The notes: generated by a model not told the origin, from the letters alone. A stretch of DNA of 64,000 nucleotides from Phyllobates terribilis (GCF_046119375.1 NW_027362767.1:243908001-243972000), one strand, 5' to 3'. Positions 24,700-41,587 are shown, counted from the stretch's first letter. Program-made: numbers and translations.

Positions 24700-26782
24700 T
24701 ACATCTCAGAACTGTGTTTGCCTTTTTTGCTGCTGCATCACACTATTGACTCATGTGCAGTCTGTGATCTATTGGTATACCCAGGCCTTTTTCACACGTG
24801 CTGTTGCTTAGTTCTATTCCTCCCATTCCGTAGATGTAATTTTAGCTTTTCTTGCCCAAGTGTAGAATCTTGTATTTCTCCCTGTTAAATACCATTCTAT
24901 TAGTCACTGCCCATTGTTCAAGCTTATCTGAATCCTTCTGAATCCTTTGTCTGTCTTCTCTAGTGTTAGTTATCCCTCCTAGCTTTGCCTCGTCTGCAAA
25001 TTTGATTAGTTAACTTTAGTTCAATTATCTAGATCATTTATAAAAATGGGGCCAAGAGAGAGCCTTGTGGTACCCCACTTGAGACATTCTTCCAATTGGT
25101 TGTGCAACCATTTATTACCACTCTTTGAGTACAATCACTGAGCCAGTTCTGAATCCACCTAATCGTTGCCTTGTCAATCCCATACTCGATTATTTTTTCA
25201 ATAAGGATAGTATGAGATACTTTGTCAAATGCTTTGCTGAAGTTGAGATATACTATATCTACCGCATTTTCCTGATCCACACAGTCAGTGATTGAGTCAT
25301 AGAAGGATATTAGATTAGTCTGGCATGACTTGTTTGCTACAAACCCATGCTGACTCTGGTTAATTACTGTATTCTTATCCAGGTACTTACATACATGCTG
25401 TTTAAGAATTTGTTCAAAGATCTTTTCTGGTATAGAAGTAAGGCTCACTGGCCTGTAATTTCCTGGCTCCATCTTCTTTCCTTCCTTTAAGTCACTTTAT
25501 GCTATCTAATCATCTGACAGAGATCTGGGCTTCCTGCAGTTGATATGGTTCTGTGGCGATTTGGAGACTGAGACTTGCGGCCATAATACCGCCATATGAA
25601 TGCAGACAGAGGGGCAGTAGACTTCATGACCAATGGTAATCTATTAAGGTGACATACACATACCCAACATGCTCTAGGTTTCCTGAATCTAGGGTCTAGC
25701 AGAACTTGCTGCATTTTCCTTCTCTTGTTTACGTGTTTCTTATTTTCCTCTCCTCCATGAAGTCAAGGAAGCCGCACTTATGAAGCCTTCTCATCCCTCC
25801 AACTTTTTTGTTTGTTTGCTTTTACTTTTTTTCTTTACGCTTTTATTTTTTGCCATTAAAAGCTATTTTTGGATAATGTTATCTTCTGAGATAAAACTTT
25901 CTTTCAAACAAAAGTTATGCTGATTATAGACATAAGACCAAGTTACTGCTATGTAACAGAAAAGGGGGAGACAGGAGGCTGTCAGACCAGTTGTCGCTGC
26001 TTATCCCTGGAAAGAAAAGCAATGGGATCAGGTAGATTGCGATTCAACCTGCTTAATCTTTTTTTTTTCCCCACAATGTCACACTTAGCAACTACCCCAG
26101 AGTTCCCGGGACTCCTGGACTGAAAGAGGGTTGTTTCCAAGAGGAGAGTGGGTTCCTTGGAGGGTCGGGTTTGAGGCTGAGTTGTCCACCTTTGGAGACA
26201 TTTTTTTTTCCTAAATGCATGTATTTGAGGCTAAAAAATATTTTTGAAATGGGGTTTCACTAAAAACTTTTGCACCATTTGGCATTTACAGGCTCTTTGT
26301 TTCTCTGCACTTTCAACTTTGATGTGGTCTGTGGTTATACTTCAGCCGTGTCACACATAGAAATCATGGGGCCCTATAGCAGAAGTCCCAATTGTCCACC
26401 CCCCCGCCACAAATAAAAGAAAAAAAAATATTTGGCGGGGTCACAGAAGAGCATACCTCACAACTTTACAGCCCTCACAAAGTAATTTTCCTCCTATTGA
26501 ATTCCCTTGGTGTTCCCCTTTCATGGCCCCCATAAAGTATGATGCCAACTTAAGTGCTCCTAAACACACTGATACCCCCCACAGTATTTCCTACACATCA
26601 CCCTCCAGATGTACAGTTTGATGGTCCCCCAACCCTGCAAAGTATGATACCCCCCACAGTGATCCCAACACAGTATGATGGCACTGACACAGCCCTCCGT
26701 ACGGTATAATGGCCCTTACACAAGCCTATACACAGTATGATGGCCCCAACACAACCCTTCACATTGCATAAATGACCCACAC

Positions 26783-27985
26783 ACAGTATACTGGCCCCCA
26801 CATAGCCCTCCAATCAGTATATTGGCCCCCACATAGCCCTCTAATCAGTATACTGGCCCCCACATAGCCCTCTAATCAGTATATTGGCCCCCAGATAGCC
26901 CTCTAATCAGTATACTGGCCCCCACATAGCCCTCCAATCAGTATATTGGCCCCCACATAGCCCTCTAATCAGTATACTGCCCCCACATAGCCCTCTAATC
27001 AGTATACTGGCCCCCACATAGCCCTCTAATCAGTATACTGGCCCCCACATAGCCCTCCAATCAGTATATTGGCCCCCACATAGCCCTCTAATCAGTATAC
27101 TGCCCCCACATAGCCCTCTAATCAGTATACTGGCCCCCACATAGCCCTCTAATCAGTATACTGGCCCCCACATAGCCCTCTAATCAGTATACTGGCCCCC
27201 ACATAGCCCTCCAATCAGTATATTGGCCCCCACATAGCCCTCTAATCAGTATACTGGCCCCCACATAGCCCTCTAATCAGTATACTGGCCCCCACATACC
27301 CCTCTAATCAGTATACTGGCCCCCACATAGCCCTCCAATCAGTATACTGGCCCCCACATAGCCCTCCAATCAGTATACTGGCCCCCACATAGCCCTCTAA
27401 TCAGTATACTGGCCCCCACATAGCCCTCCATACAGTATATTGGCCCCCACACAGCCCTCCAAACAGTATCCTGGCCCCCACACAACCCTCCAAACAGTAT
27501 ACTGGACCCCACACAGCCCTCCAAACAGTATACTGGACCCCACACAACCCTCCATACAGTATATTGGCCCCCACACAGCCCTCCAAACAGTATCCTGGCC
27601 CCCACACAACCCTCCAAACAGTATACTGGACCCCACACAGCCCTCCAAACAGTATCCTGGCCCCCACACAACCCTCCAAACAATATACTGGCCCCCACAC
27701 AACCCTCCAAACAGTATACTGGCCCCCACACAACCCTCCAAACAGTATACTGGCCCCCACACAGCCCTCCAAACAGTATACTGGCCCCCACACAGCCCTC
27801 CAAACAGTATCCTGGCCCCCACACAGCCCTCCAAACAGTATCCTGGCCCCCACACAGCCCTCCAAACAGAATACTGGCCCCCACACAACCCTCCAAACAA
27901 TATACTGGCCCCAACACAACCCTCCAAACAGTATACTGGCCCCCACACAGCCCTCCAAACAGTATCCTGGCCCCCACATAGCCCT
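26783..27985. repeat. 31-bp minisatellite (cagtatactggcccccacatagccctctaat and variant), about 39 copies, inside a hAT-like MITE (~26340-28432) that splits a T2-type MITE
   Basis: Direct periodicity; flanking halves at 26170-26340 and 28440-28620 both match the element at 2780-3120. Confidence 0.9.
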
Positions 27986-29733
27986 GAAAAAGGCATAATG
28001 GCCCCTACATAGCCCTGCAAACTATAGAATGGCCCCCACATAGCCCTGTAAACTCTTTTAGGGCCCCCACACAGCTCTCCAAACAGTGTAATGGCCTCAC
28101 TGCTAAAAAAAAAAAAAAAAAAAATGAAAATAACCAAAAATACTCATCTCTCTTCATTCTCCCGCTGCTCTGTTCTCCTCCTGGGCAGAGCGGGCGCGAT
28201 GTGATGATGGCATCATGCCCGCTGCGCTGACGTCAGAGCTCAAACGCAGAGGGAGAATAATGGAGGAGGGAGCTGACTGCTTCCTGTTCCATCATTGCTT
28301 TCAACTGTATCGGTATCCAGGATCCTGATACAGTTGAAAGTGCGATGCCGGCGCTGGCATCAGGCCCATCCAACTCATGGGCCCCATAGCGGCCACGTGG
28401 TCTGCCACTATTAGCTGTATGCCACTGTACATCGGCTGAGAGGAGCTCAGAAAAAGACAGATAAGAGTTACAAGCTCTCCAGTCATTTACTATGAAAGAG
28501 CTCACTGACTGATTCTTAGAAGACTCACTCTGCTGGCAGCAACCGACAGTGTAGTAGAAAGGCTATAGAAAGTAAATGGCGCAAACAATTTTTATAGCCT
28601 CGGAAATGTTGGCAACTATGCAATATCTAGGGACGGTCAGAAAGCCTGATCAGAGAAGATCATAGGCAGAAGTAGTGAGAGTCGAGTCGGTTAGGGTTAG
28701 AGGCATTGGCTTGGGCTGAAAGGGTCCCCTGGTGCCAAGAATCCCAGCTAATGGTGACAATCTGTTACCCAAATTCCCTGCAGCGCCACCACTGGAGAAA
28801 AGTGTCATGCTATTCCCATTGGTATCGATGGGCGGTCTAATTTGTTGGGCTCATGAGAAATATAGGTAATGTTTTGTGTATGCACACAGCTCCTATGTGT
28901 GTAACCTGGAATACATTGTTAGGATGTATGGGATGAAATGAAGACACCTTTTTATAGCCTCATGGAAAACATTGGTGTGGAAAAACCAGAAGATCGACCT
29001 GAGCTCCCCGGCTGCGGTCAGACGGGTCCGGGAGGTGAACGGGATTTGTATCTGTTTATAAAGCGGCTGCTAATTGCTTATAGTATTTATGTTGGTGCGG
29101 CGGGTACAGATGGTGCCAGTCTGAAGACTGCTGCCAAGTAAATGTGCATGTGCCCCTCCCCTATTACAGATAAAAGAATACTTCAATGAATACACTTCTG
29201 GGCTATACCAATGCCTGCTGAGGGCTCATTTCTTTTTGCCCATAGTTGGCACTTTGGGAATGGGGGTGGCGGGCGTCTATATAGTTGATTGTTACAGCTT
29301 TGTTAAAAGAATTGCCCTAAGAAGAAAACGTATTATATTGGCCATGGTAACGAGTGTCTCTCTGAAGGACCTTTCTGTTCTGCATCACACACATATCAAT
29401 GGACAAAGTGTAATGCATCATTTCTCCTGTAGGGGCACTGCAGGGAAACTGAACACTTACTGCCAGATCTCCCTGCAGATTATAGCTGATCGCAGGGGAA
29501 CCTTCTTAACAAAGCAAACAACTCCTAGGTCAATCTCACACATCCGTGTACGGACTGTCCGTGGGTCTCCTGTCTGAACCTGACAGTCCCCTATATGCCT
29601 AAGGGTCAGGAGGCCCACGGATAGTCATCTTCACGACCTGCGAAACCATGTTGATGTTTTTTTCTAAATTAGTACAGTATGTCTTTTAATGTGAAGTTCA
29701 ATTAAACGACACTTTCTTCCTTTATGTCCTAGA

Positions 29734-30084
29734 TAAAGAAGACCTGTCAGCTGCCATAAATACATTTTTTTTACCCGATGTAAATGTCGCTGTTCTCCTG
29801 AATCCGGCGTTGTTTTTCTTCTCTTCCTGCTCCTCTCCGTTCCTGAGATATGACCTCCTCTTCCATGTATATAAATCTAGTCTTTTTAGCCAAGTGGGCG
29901 TCTTCTTGAGAACCACATCCAGTTGGCTAACAAGACAAGATTTACATACAGGGAAGAGGAGGCCATATCTCAGGAACGGAGAGGCGCAGGAACAAAAGAA
30001 ACACATCACCGGATTCAGGAGAACAGCGGCATTTACACCAGATAAATATATATATATTTATGGCAAGTGACAGGTCCCCTTTAA
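29734..30084. mobile_element. Near-complete fold-back T2/Kolobok-type MITE
   Basis: taaagaagacctgtca ... tgacaggtcccctttaa; long inverted arms. Confidence 0.8.
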
Positions 30085-30728
30085 AGGGGTTGTCCAGGAT
30101 AAGAAAAAAATATGGCTTCTCCAAGAAACAGTACCAACCTGATTTTTTTTCCCCTCACAACTTATCTAAAATTTATGGACAGCCGATATTTTTTTTCTAG
30201 ACACATTGGAAGATTTTAAGTGTGATGTGACTACAGCCCATAACAAGGGAATAAACACATTAGCAGCATTCACTGTAAAAGGATAATTACATTCACGATA
30301 ATCCGTACACCATTCTCAAGCTTTATAATAAAAAAAAAAAAAATCACAGACGCACATTTTTTTCTCTTACATGGCAAAAAGAAAAAAAAAAAAAAAAAGT
30401 TCTTTACTTTTACAAACTTTCCATGAATTTCTGGATGATTGTTAACCCTGAGCGCCACTCCTGTTCACAGGTTGTGAGTGGTATGGCAGCTTAGACTACT
30501 TGAATTCCAGGAAACTTTTTTTATTTTTTTCTAAATTGTAAAATTACAAACTTTTTTTTTTTTCTAGCCAAATCCTTGTTTGGCAGATCAGCTGATGGTG
30601 ATCACATGACCGATGCTGGTATGCGGGGCCTCTTTCTCTCTCCTTTATCTGGCAGCATCATCTGGCAGTTGTGTCCTCTCCCATCCTCCACTGGTCAGCG
30701 GGTTACAGGCAGCGTTGTCCTCCTCAAT

Positions 30729-30761
30729 ATGGCTCTGATGACAGATGAACAGGTCCAGAAG
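30729..30761 (+). CDS. PHYHD1: PHYHD1 coding exon 1 (MALMTDEQVQK)
   Basis: ATG at 30729; donor AAG|GTGAGA; aligns with human MACLSPSQLQK; phase 0. Confidence 0.85.
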
Positions 30762-31567
30762 GTGAGATATGAATGTGCTCCGCCTGTACAGGTGCAGCAG
30801 ACCTCATATGAATGTGCTATAGGTAAGATATAGGGAAACGTAATAGTAAGGACAGATGGAGCAGGATTAGTGCAGCACGGTGTTTGTGTGCAGCACATGG
30901 CTGTCATTATGTAACCAGATGGATTAACCTTTGCAATGGCTGCTCTGAAGCTGGCTGGGTCAGTGCCCTCCGCGCTCCTCCAAAGGTGCCTCAGCTTGGG
31001 GGAAAGCAGCTCAGCCATGCCGCCGGCCGAACTGTCAATCCTCAGGAGCGCACCGCCCCCTGGGAGGCAGAGGAGCGGTGTGATCCTGAAGATAGGAACT
31101 TGGGACAATCTTGTAAGCAGTGGAGTAACTTGGTAAGGGGCGGGAACAGGGGCAATTGTCCTGGGTGCAAAATTTCAGGAGTAGGGCAAAAGCCCCTTAC
31201 TTTTGGCAAGGTGCCCCAGGAACTCAAGGCGAGCGCCACTTTCAACCTGACGTCATTGCATTGCACCACCTGTGCCGGGGAGAAGTGGACTCTATCGCTC
31301 GGATTAAGTGAGCAAACACTTTAACTTTCAAGGGGGTATTATATCTGGTTAGGGGGTGCGATACTTGCTTACCCCAGGTGCTGGCAATGCATACTAAGCC
31401 ATTGCTTAAAGGGGAACACCACTTAAGATGGTGGAGTGGGGGGCAATGTACTGTAAAGAGTCAGAGTTGCTGACAGTGTAAACCGCCATGTAGTGGAATA
31501 TAATGTTGTAATAATGAACTATAAAATATGTATGATACTGTAAATAAATGGTGCCACCTGCTGGTAG

Positions 31568-31813
<246 letters not shown>

Positions 31814-32250
31814 TAAAAAAAAAAAAAAAAGTAGTAGAAAAACATGATGGCGCCACAACCATCCCCAGGCTGCGTGTGGTACTGCAGCTGAGCGCCATTC
31901 ACTGAGGTATAATGCCAGACACAACCATTGAACTGGGGTGACAGTCCAATGGAGAAATAAACCTGTTTTCTGGAAGTTTATGAATCCAGACCCGCGGCCA
32001 TCAGCCAATCACAAGACTGATTTCAGTATAGTAAGGGCTCATTCTCTGAGTGGGGGCTATGACAGTGAACATATTGGTAGTCACCCTGGTCACCATTGGT
32101 AGAAACAGCTGAATAAATTTTAATATACTGTATTAATAGAAGAGGAGAACGATAGGACTAGCAAATACTGGGGTATGATGCATGGCAATAAGTTGTGAAA
32201 CTTGGTAGACGACATATTAGAGGTTTAACCTCTCTCCATTATGTCGCTGA

Positions 32251-33394
<1,144 letters not shown>

Positions 33395-33632
33395 AAAACC
33401 GTACAGGATTACTAAACAGATTTTTTTTTTGCCAGACTCCTGTCTATAGGATGTCTTTGGTATTGCAGCTCATCATTATTCTCTTCAATGGACAAGAAGG
33501 GATGAATTGCAGTACCGGACACAGCCTGTGGACAAGAGTGGCACTGTTTCCGATCTCAGGACTTACATGAGGGAGACTAGACTTTTATGACGTGCTATTG
33601 ACAAGTGGAATATTGTTTTACCTGTTCTCCAG

Positions 33633-33680
33633 GTGAATTTCTGGTGGCAAGAGAAAGATCTGTGAATAAAATAGGACACG
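33633..33680 (+). CDS. PHYHD1: PHYHD1 coding exon 4 (GEFLVARERSVNKIGH)
   Basis: ttctccag acceptor; G|GTAAG donor; phase 1/1. Confidence 0.95.
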
Positions 33681-34410
33681 GTAAGAATACTTTTCCTTTC
33701 CACTGTCCATTTGGTAGGATGTGGTTTCTATAGTGAGAGGAGTGCTTTAAATAGTCCTAGCTACATTAGATCGGGGTCAGACCGCCATATTTCAAGGTCC
33801 ATACACAGACCGCAATGTCCAGGCAGGCCGCGGGTCTACTGACCTCAAAAGCCTAATCTATGCCTAGTACGGGAGGCTATTCGATCCAGAGAACCACGGT
33901 CAGGTCAGTCTTGTGTACAGTCCTGTGAATACTCTCTAAGACTAATTGCAAATGGAGATTTTTAGTTATTTTTTGGGAGCCGGTTTGCCTAAAAAAAAAT
34001 ATCTCAGTTTAGTCACTTTTACCAGGCACAACCTATAGACATGGGTGGCGCTGTTTCCATTAAAAAAAAAAAACTTGAATACAAAAAAATAAACTATTTT
34101 GTTAGTCCTTAAAATTGTCACTAAACAGAATTGTTTGTCGCCACCATCTTATACAATATCTGACAGTAAATACTTCTCCCCGTGGGTCACAGAGAAGAGT
34201 TACAGGACACATCAGGCTTGTTCTAGCTTTAATCCCAAGGGGATGTACAGAATTAGAAAAAACATGGCTGCTTCTGTCCAGAAACAGCGCCACCCTTACT
34301 CATAGGTTGTGTCTGATACTGCAGCATAGTTTGTTTGAACTTAATGCAATTATAAGTGAAATCTTTCTTTTACATTTTTTTGCCTTTACTTCTGTCTCTG
34401 GTTCTTGCAG

Positions 34411-34466
34411 CTTTACATGCACATAATCCGATATATAAAAGGGTCACACACTCCCCCAGAATACAG
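34411..34466 (+). CDS. PHYHD1: PHYHD1 coding exon 5 (ALHAHNPIYKRVTHSPRIQ)
   Basis: ttcttgcag acceptor; CAG|GTGAG donor. Confidence 0.95.
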
Positions 34467-34519
34467 GTGAGCAGAAAAAAAACATCATAATTGTAGCCAG
34501 AGAAAGATTAGTCTTTGCA

Positions 34520-35648
34520 TTAAAGAGGGTATTCTGGCTGTATCAAGCTGCTGAACCCCGCACAATCACCAGAACGGAGGGCCGGCATCAGTGGTCTCAT
34601 CAATGGGGCATACAGATGGCTCAGTACAGCTCTTAGCTTTTTCTGGCAGTCCTTTAGACATTGAATGATGATGGGTGAGGACCCCGGTGAACAGACCCCC
34701 ACGATCAAGCAGTTATCACTCACCCTGCAACAACAGACATCGCCAGTTTTGTTTCAATTAACGACCTGGGTCCCTTTTATATGGCAATCAGTGGAGGTCT
34801 CATTGTTCGGACCTCCATGATCAAGCCGTTATTCCCCATGCTGTGGTGCTAAATTATTGCCAGCAGTCCCGTAGACTCTGAATGGAACGGCCATGTGCAC
34901 GTGCGATTCCTGCTTCGTTCCAATGGAGGACATGGGACCCTTTTCTTGTGATCGGTGGCGGTCCCATTAGTTGGACCTCCACAATCAAGCAGTTCTCACC
35001 CATCCATCAATCCCTTAGACTCTGAATGGATCAGCCTTGTGCATGGGTGATCCCTTCTTCATTCCAATGGAGGACATGGGACATTATTCTGCCAATCAGT
35101 AGGGGTCACATTGGTCGGACCCCCCACATTCAAGCACTTATCCTATGGTGCTTGGTTATCACCAGCAGTCCCATAGACTGACATCCACTGCTCCATTACA
35201 GCAGAGGACAAGGGACCCCTCAAGTCTGCAGATATGACCTCTGCTCCTTTCCAATGCAGGGCACAGAACCCCCTTCTGGAAATCACTGGACCCTCACGAT
35301 CAATTAAGCAGTTATCAGCCATCTCAAAGTGATTGGTTATCGCCAGCAGTCTCATGGAGTGGCAGTGCATGTGTATGACCATCGCTCTAGTAGAAATTAT
35401 GGACACATATGGAGATTGGTCGGGGTCCCATTGATCGGACCTTCACGATCAAGCAATGATCACCCATCCTGCAGTACTTCGTTATTGCCAGTAGTTATGC
35501 AGACTCTGAAAGGAGTCCAAGTACACATGTGCGACCACTTCTCTAGCCCAACGCAGGACTGGGTCTCCCCAGTAAGACCCTCACCGTTCCAGAAATTATC
35601 ACTTATCCTGATAACTGATAACCTTCTTTAGCTAGAATACCCCTTTAA
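34520..35648. mobile_element. T2-type MITE with degenerate internal ~150-bp tandem units
   Basis: TTAAAGAGGGTATTC / GAATACCCCTTTAA termini; repeated gatcaagcagttatc and ccagcagtcccatagactctgaatgga motifs. Confidence 0.75.
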
Positions 35649-35774
35649 TACTAAATTGGTAACAACTTCACCCTTATTCCACCACTGGGTGGCAGCAAAA
35701 CCCCATAAACTTCCAGCTCTGAACAAAAATAAATCCTGTGGCTTTAATCTGTACATTTATATTTCCGTATACAG

Positions 35775-35837
35775 GAGGTGGGTCAGCGGCTGGGCCTTGT
35801 GGAGCCGGTGATAGTGCAGAGCATGTATATATTTAAG
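35775..35837 (+). CDS. PHYHD1: PHYHD1 coding exon 6 (EVGQRLGLVEPVIVQSMYIFK)
   Basis: VQSMYIFK motif; AG/GT boundaries. Confidence 0.95.
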
Positions 35838-35926
35838 GTATAGCTGGGTATATAGCACCAGAGATCATTCATATAGATTTCCAATTAGCATGCACATGAA
35901 TATATAATTATTCTCTTTCTTTCCAG

Positions 35927-35948
35927 CAACCTAACATCGGAGGGGAAG
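35927..35948 (+). CDS. PHYHD1: PHYHD1 coding exon 7, 22-nt micro-exon (QPNIGGE)
   Basis: ttctctttctttccag acceptor; G|GTAAG donor; required to keep frame. Confidence 0.92.
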
Positions 35949-36011
35949 GTAAGACAAGTAATAGGAGTTGATGCTTCTTCGAGTTGAATGCGGAAAATTC
36001 CAGGACCATAA

Positions 36012-36227
<216 letters not shown>

Positions 36228-36252
36228 TAAGCCACTGACACTTTATCCTATA

Positions 36253-37860
<1,608 letters not shown>

Positions 37861-38128
37861 TGTATTTATCATTCGGATCAGGGAAAAGGGGATCAGACTG
37901 AAACATCAGTCCCATCCTATCCCAGATATATTCCAACAGGCCCATGTTTGGTTATATTTTAACCTATCCAATACGTTCTTCCTTTGGCCATCTGCAGCAC
38001 CAAGTTTCCGGTATCCAAAATAAATGAATAAATGCCTAAGCATGAATGTTTGTGGGGAAATTGGGCCAAACGAGCATTTTGTCTTTTTTGTGTTTCCTAA
38101 TGACCGTTTACAAATTTGTCTTCTTAAG

Positions 38129-38245
38129 CTGGAATATCGCGTCAAATGGTGCGCACGCCGCCAGGCTCCGTACCCTGCACATCTTTCATTGGAGAAGAGC
38201 GGAGCTACCATGATGACCAGTTTGTGCCAGCCCCGGTGTCCAAAG
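38129..38245 (+). CDS. PHYHD1: PHYHD1 coding exon 9 (AGISRQMVRTPPGSVPCTSF...PAPVSK)
   Basis: ttcttaag acceptor; AAG|GT donor; aligns with human GVSRRMVRAP. Confidence 0.93.
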
Positions 38246-38780
38246 GTGCATGATGAAAGGGGACCTCCGGCTGTATGCATGTTTATCATAGGGCCGTTGC
38301 CCAGAAACCTTTGTTCATACCTTCACTTACTACTATACAAACAGGGGCGTGGGGACATTTGATCCAGACTGGCAGCCTTTAAGTATCTCTTATCTCTTGG
38401 CATTATACACTGACTTGTTTCACATATTCCATAACTATAATATGATTGTTATAGCTTAGAGAAGCACTCCTCCTCCCATCGAAGTTTTTATTCTCGTAAT
38501 ATATTGCAGTCATCATATTATTTAGCACTGTGTACTTACAATTGCTCATTTTGCCTTTCTACCTAGATAAATCTTCTCTTTTCTCTGCTCTATGTAGAAA
38601 CAGGAAGTTTCTAGTCCCTGCATTTATCATTCCCCACCTCGTCAACTCTTTACCTAGCAGCTCCCTCCTCCCCCTGCCAGGGACTTTTACAGTGACTCAT
38701 GACTTATACAGGGAAAATTGACCTCCTGTTTTTACATAGAGCTTAGAAGGGTTCAGCTTGTCAGTTTTTAATCACGTGAT

Positions 38781-40398
38781 TGTTGTGCTCACGCCCGGAC
38801 TGACTGGCGTGAGCGTGGTTAGTGGTCCCACTGGGCCACGAACCGAGGAGTGCCTGGAGGGGCGGGACTAGGGGCCTCGCCAGATCCGACCACGAACACA
38901 CGGTGGCTTAATCGACTCCGTGGTCCGAGGAGGGACGTGGGAGGTGGCCCAGGTGCTACTCCAGGTCAGACCCCGGTCACAGCTGTTGACCCACACCAGG
39001 GAATACAGGAACGGGCAGGTTTTGCTGGTGTGCAGACAGGTGGGTACTGGTAGGCACGACTGGTATGCAGACAGGTGGGTACTGGTAGGCACGGCTGGTA
39101 TGCAGACAGGCGGGTACAGGCAGGTAGGAAGGCAGGCTGGATAGGGACCAGTACAGACTGGGATACAGGAACAGAGCCGCAGGTGCAGAGGACAAGCGGA
39201 GCAGAGCCGCAGGTGCGGAGGACAAGCAGAGGAGAGCGGAGCAGAGCCGCAGGTGCGGAGGACAAGCAGAGCAGAGCGGAGCAGAGCCGCAGGTGCGGAG
39301 GACAAGCGGAGCAGAGCCGCAGGTGCGGAGGACAAGCGGAGCAGAGCCGCAGGTGCGGAGGACAAGCGGAGCAGAGCCGCAGGTGCGGAGGACAAGCGGA
39401 GCAGAGCCGCAGGTGCGGAGGACAAGCGGAGCAGAGCCGCAGGTGCGGAGGACAAGCGGAGCAGAGCCGCAGGTGCGGAGGACAAGCGGAGCAGAGCCGC
39501 AGGTGCGGAGGACAAGCGGAGCAGCGGATGTGGAGGACGAGCGGAGCGGAGCCGCGGGTGCGGAGGATGAGCGGAGCACAGCCACGGGTGCGGAGGATGA
39601 GCGGAGCACAGCCACGGGTGCGGAGGACGAGCGGAGCACAGCCACGGGTGCGGAGGACGAGCAGAGCGAGCAGAGCCGCAGACAGACAGGACAGGGCTCT
39701 GTTCACATGGAACAGACAGGGAAACACAGGAAGATAGCTAGAATACAGGAGGTAGAAACGGAGGCAGGGAAACGGGACAAGCAGAACCAGATACACACAA
39801 GGTACTTGCAATGAAGAAGCGAGTGAACACAAAACTCAAACAGGAGTACAGAGACAACGAGTTGGAGTTAGGTACTGGTTCAGGCACGGTAGGAAAAGGG
39901 AAGGATCGGACATAGAGACAAACAGATAACGGACTAGGACACAGTTCAGACAGGAACTGACACTGGAACGAGATACAGGAACGAGCCTGGGTACTCAGCC
40001 CCCAGGGTGGCAGGAATACACTAGAAGTCACAGATACAGGTAACGGGCCTGGGTACTCAGCCCCCAGGGTGGCGGAAACAGACAAGATACAGGACAGGAC
40101 CTGGCAACTCAGTTTCAAGGAACACACTGAAAGAAAGTGTTGCTCAGGCCCCTCCTACTGGGTAGGGGAGGTTTAAGTATCCAGTGACTCATAGCAATAG
40201 GCTTGGGACGCATTAGGACTGCGCACACTAACTTTAAGAATCAGGAAGTAGCAGCGCCGCCGCCCTAAGCCAGCAGACAAGAGACATGCACACAGCAAGT
40301 AAAGGAGTATAGTGCACAGCCTGGACTGATAGGTAAGTTGGCGGTATCGCATGGTGGGAGATGGTAAGCCATGCCAGCACTCCGCCAGGGATGTTACA
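38781..40398 (-). mobile_element. Solo LTR (1618 bp, probably Gypsy/BEL class), antisense to PHYHD1
   Basis: TG...CA ends (TGTAAC...CACAACA on -); 5-bp TSD GTGAT at 38776-80 and 40399-403; the empty-site copy shows a single GTGAT; no internal coding region. Class and orientation are inferred. Confidence 0.8.
39172..39690. repeat. 30-bp minisatellite (gaggacaagcggagcagagccgcaggtgcg) inside the LTR
   Basis: Direct periodicity; unit divisible by 3 gives six open repetitive frames. Confidence 0.93.
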
Positions 40399-40506
40399 GT
40401 GATGTCATAGACCTAAGGGAAAAGAGAAGAATTATCTGGGTAGAAAGGCGAAATGAGCAATTGTAAGTACACAGCGCTATATAATATGATGACTGCAATA
40501 TATTAG

Positions 40507-40860
<354 letters not shown>

Positions 40861-41587
40861 TAAGGAACTGCTGACCCCACCAGAAAACAGATTTCACATG
40901 TGTTATGGGCTTCTGGTATCACACTTGTGCTGGAAGCTGAGATATGGAGGGCTGCTTGATGGGTCCTCATGTCGGAAAGAAAGCTGTAACCATATTAAGT
41001 GATGGATGGCAATAAAAACAAACCATAAACTTCTCCTATCAATTAAAAAGTAGAATACGGGCAGATCGTGGATGACATCCATGCGCTGTTTGTTTTCCAT
41101 GGGACCATTGACTTGCAGTAGCAAGATTGATCTATGAGACATCTCCATTTTTTTGGGGTGTTGGGGCATGGGGGGGGGGGGGGCTGACAATGAGTTCACC
41201 AAAGAAAAAATTATTGTGATAGGTCCATGAGCTATCCATAAAAATAACAGCTCACATACCAAAAAAATCTTACTGTCATGGGAATCCCTCGTTAGGCAGA
41301 TCTATAGTTTTAATTTTTGTAACAAAAAATGTCTCCATCTTCTAAGACCCATGGCTTTATTTTTCCATCTACATAGTCAGATGAGGATTTTTTTTTATTT
41401 TTTTGTGGGACGTAGTTTTGAATGGTACCTTTCACTTTATCATACAATAGGAAAAAAGGGGTATGAAATAGTGGGAAAAAAACACACTTGTTCTTTGGGT
41501 TTAATTTCTACAGGGTTCATATGATTCTTTAGGTATACACAATTATGGTGCTACTGAACTGTGTCCCCATTTTCTGAGACCTGTAAC

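Larger units (their letters stand above)
20277..25490 (-). mobile_element. CR1 LINE 3' portion in three pieces (20277-20602, ~21146-21373, 24696-25490), interrupted by DNA transposons
   Basis: 3' tail catagaat (reverse complement of ATTCTATG); RT fragment NYRPVSLTSIPEKIFEQI...SQHGF...KAFDKV...SGVPQGS at 25038-25472; CR1 sequence resumes across the insertions. Confidence 0.9.

Noticed and set aside
27339-28137. Repetitive ORFs of 144-246 aa on both strands
   Set aside because: 31-bp minisatellite translation
28298-28340. Pre-miRNA-like hairpin ctttcaactgtatc...gatacagttgaaag
   Set aside because: Stem is only 14 bp plus partial pairing and lies inside a MITE; no small-RNA evidence
38868-39832. 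Six overlapping Arg/Ser/Ala-rich ORFs
   Set aside because: 30-bp tandem repeat in a solo LTR; no gag/pol similarity
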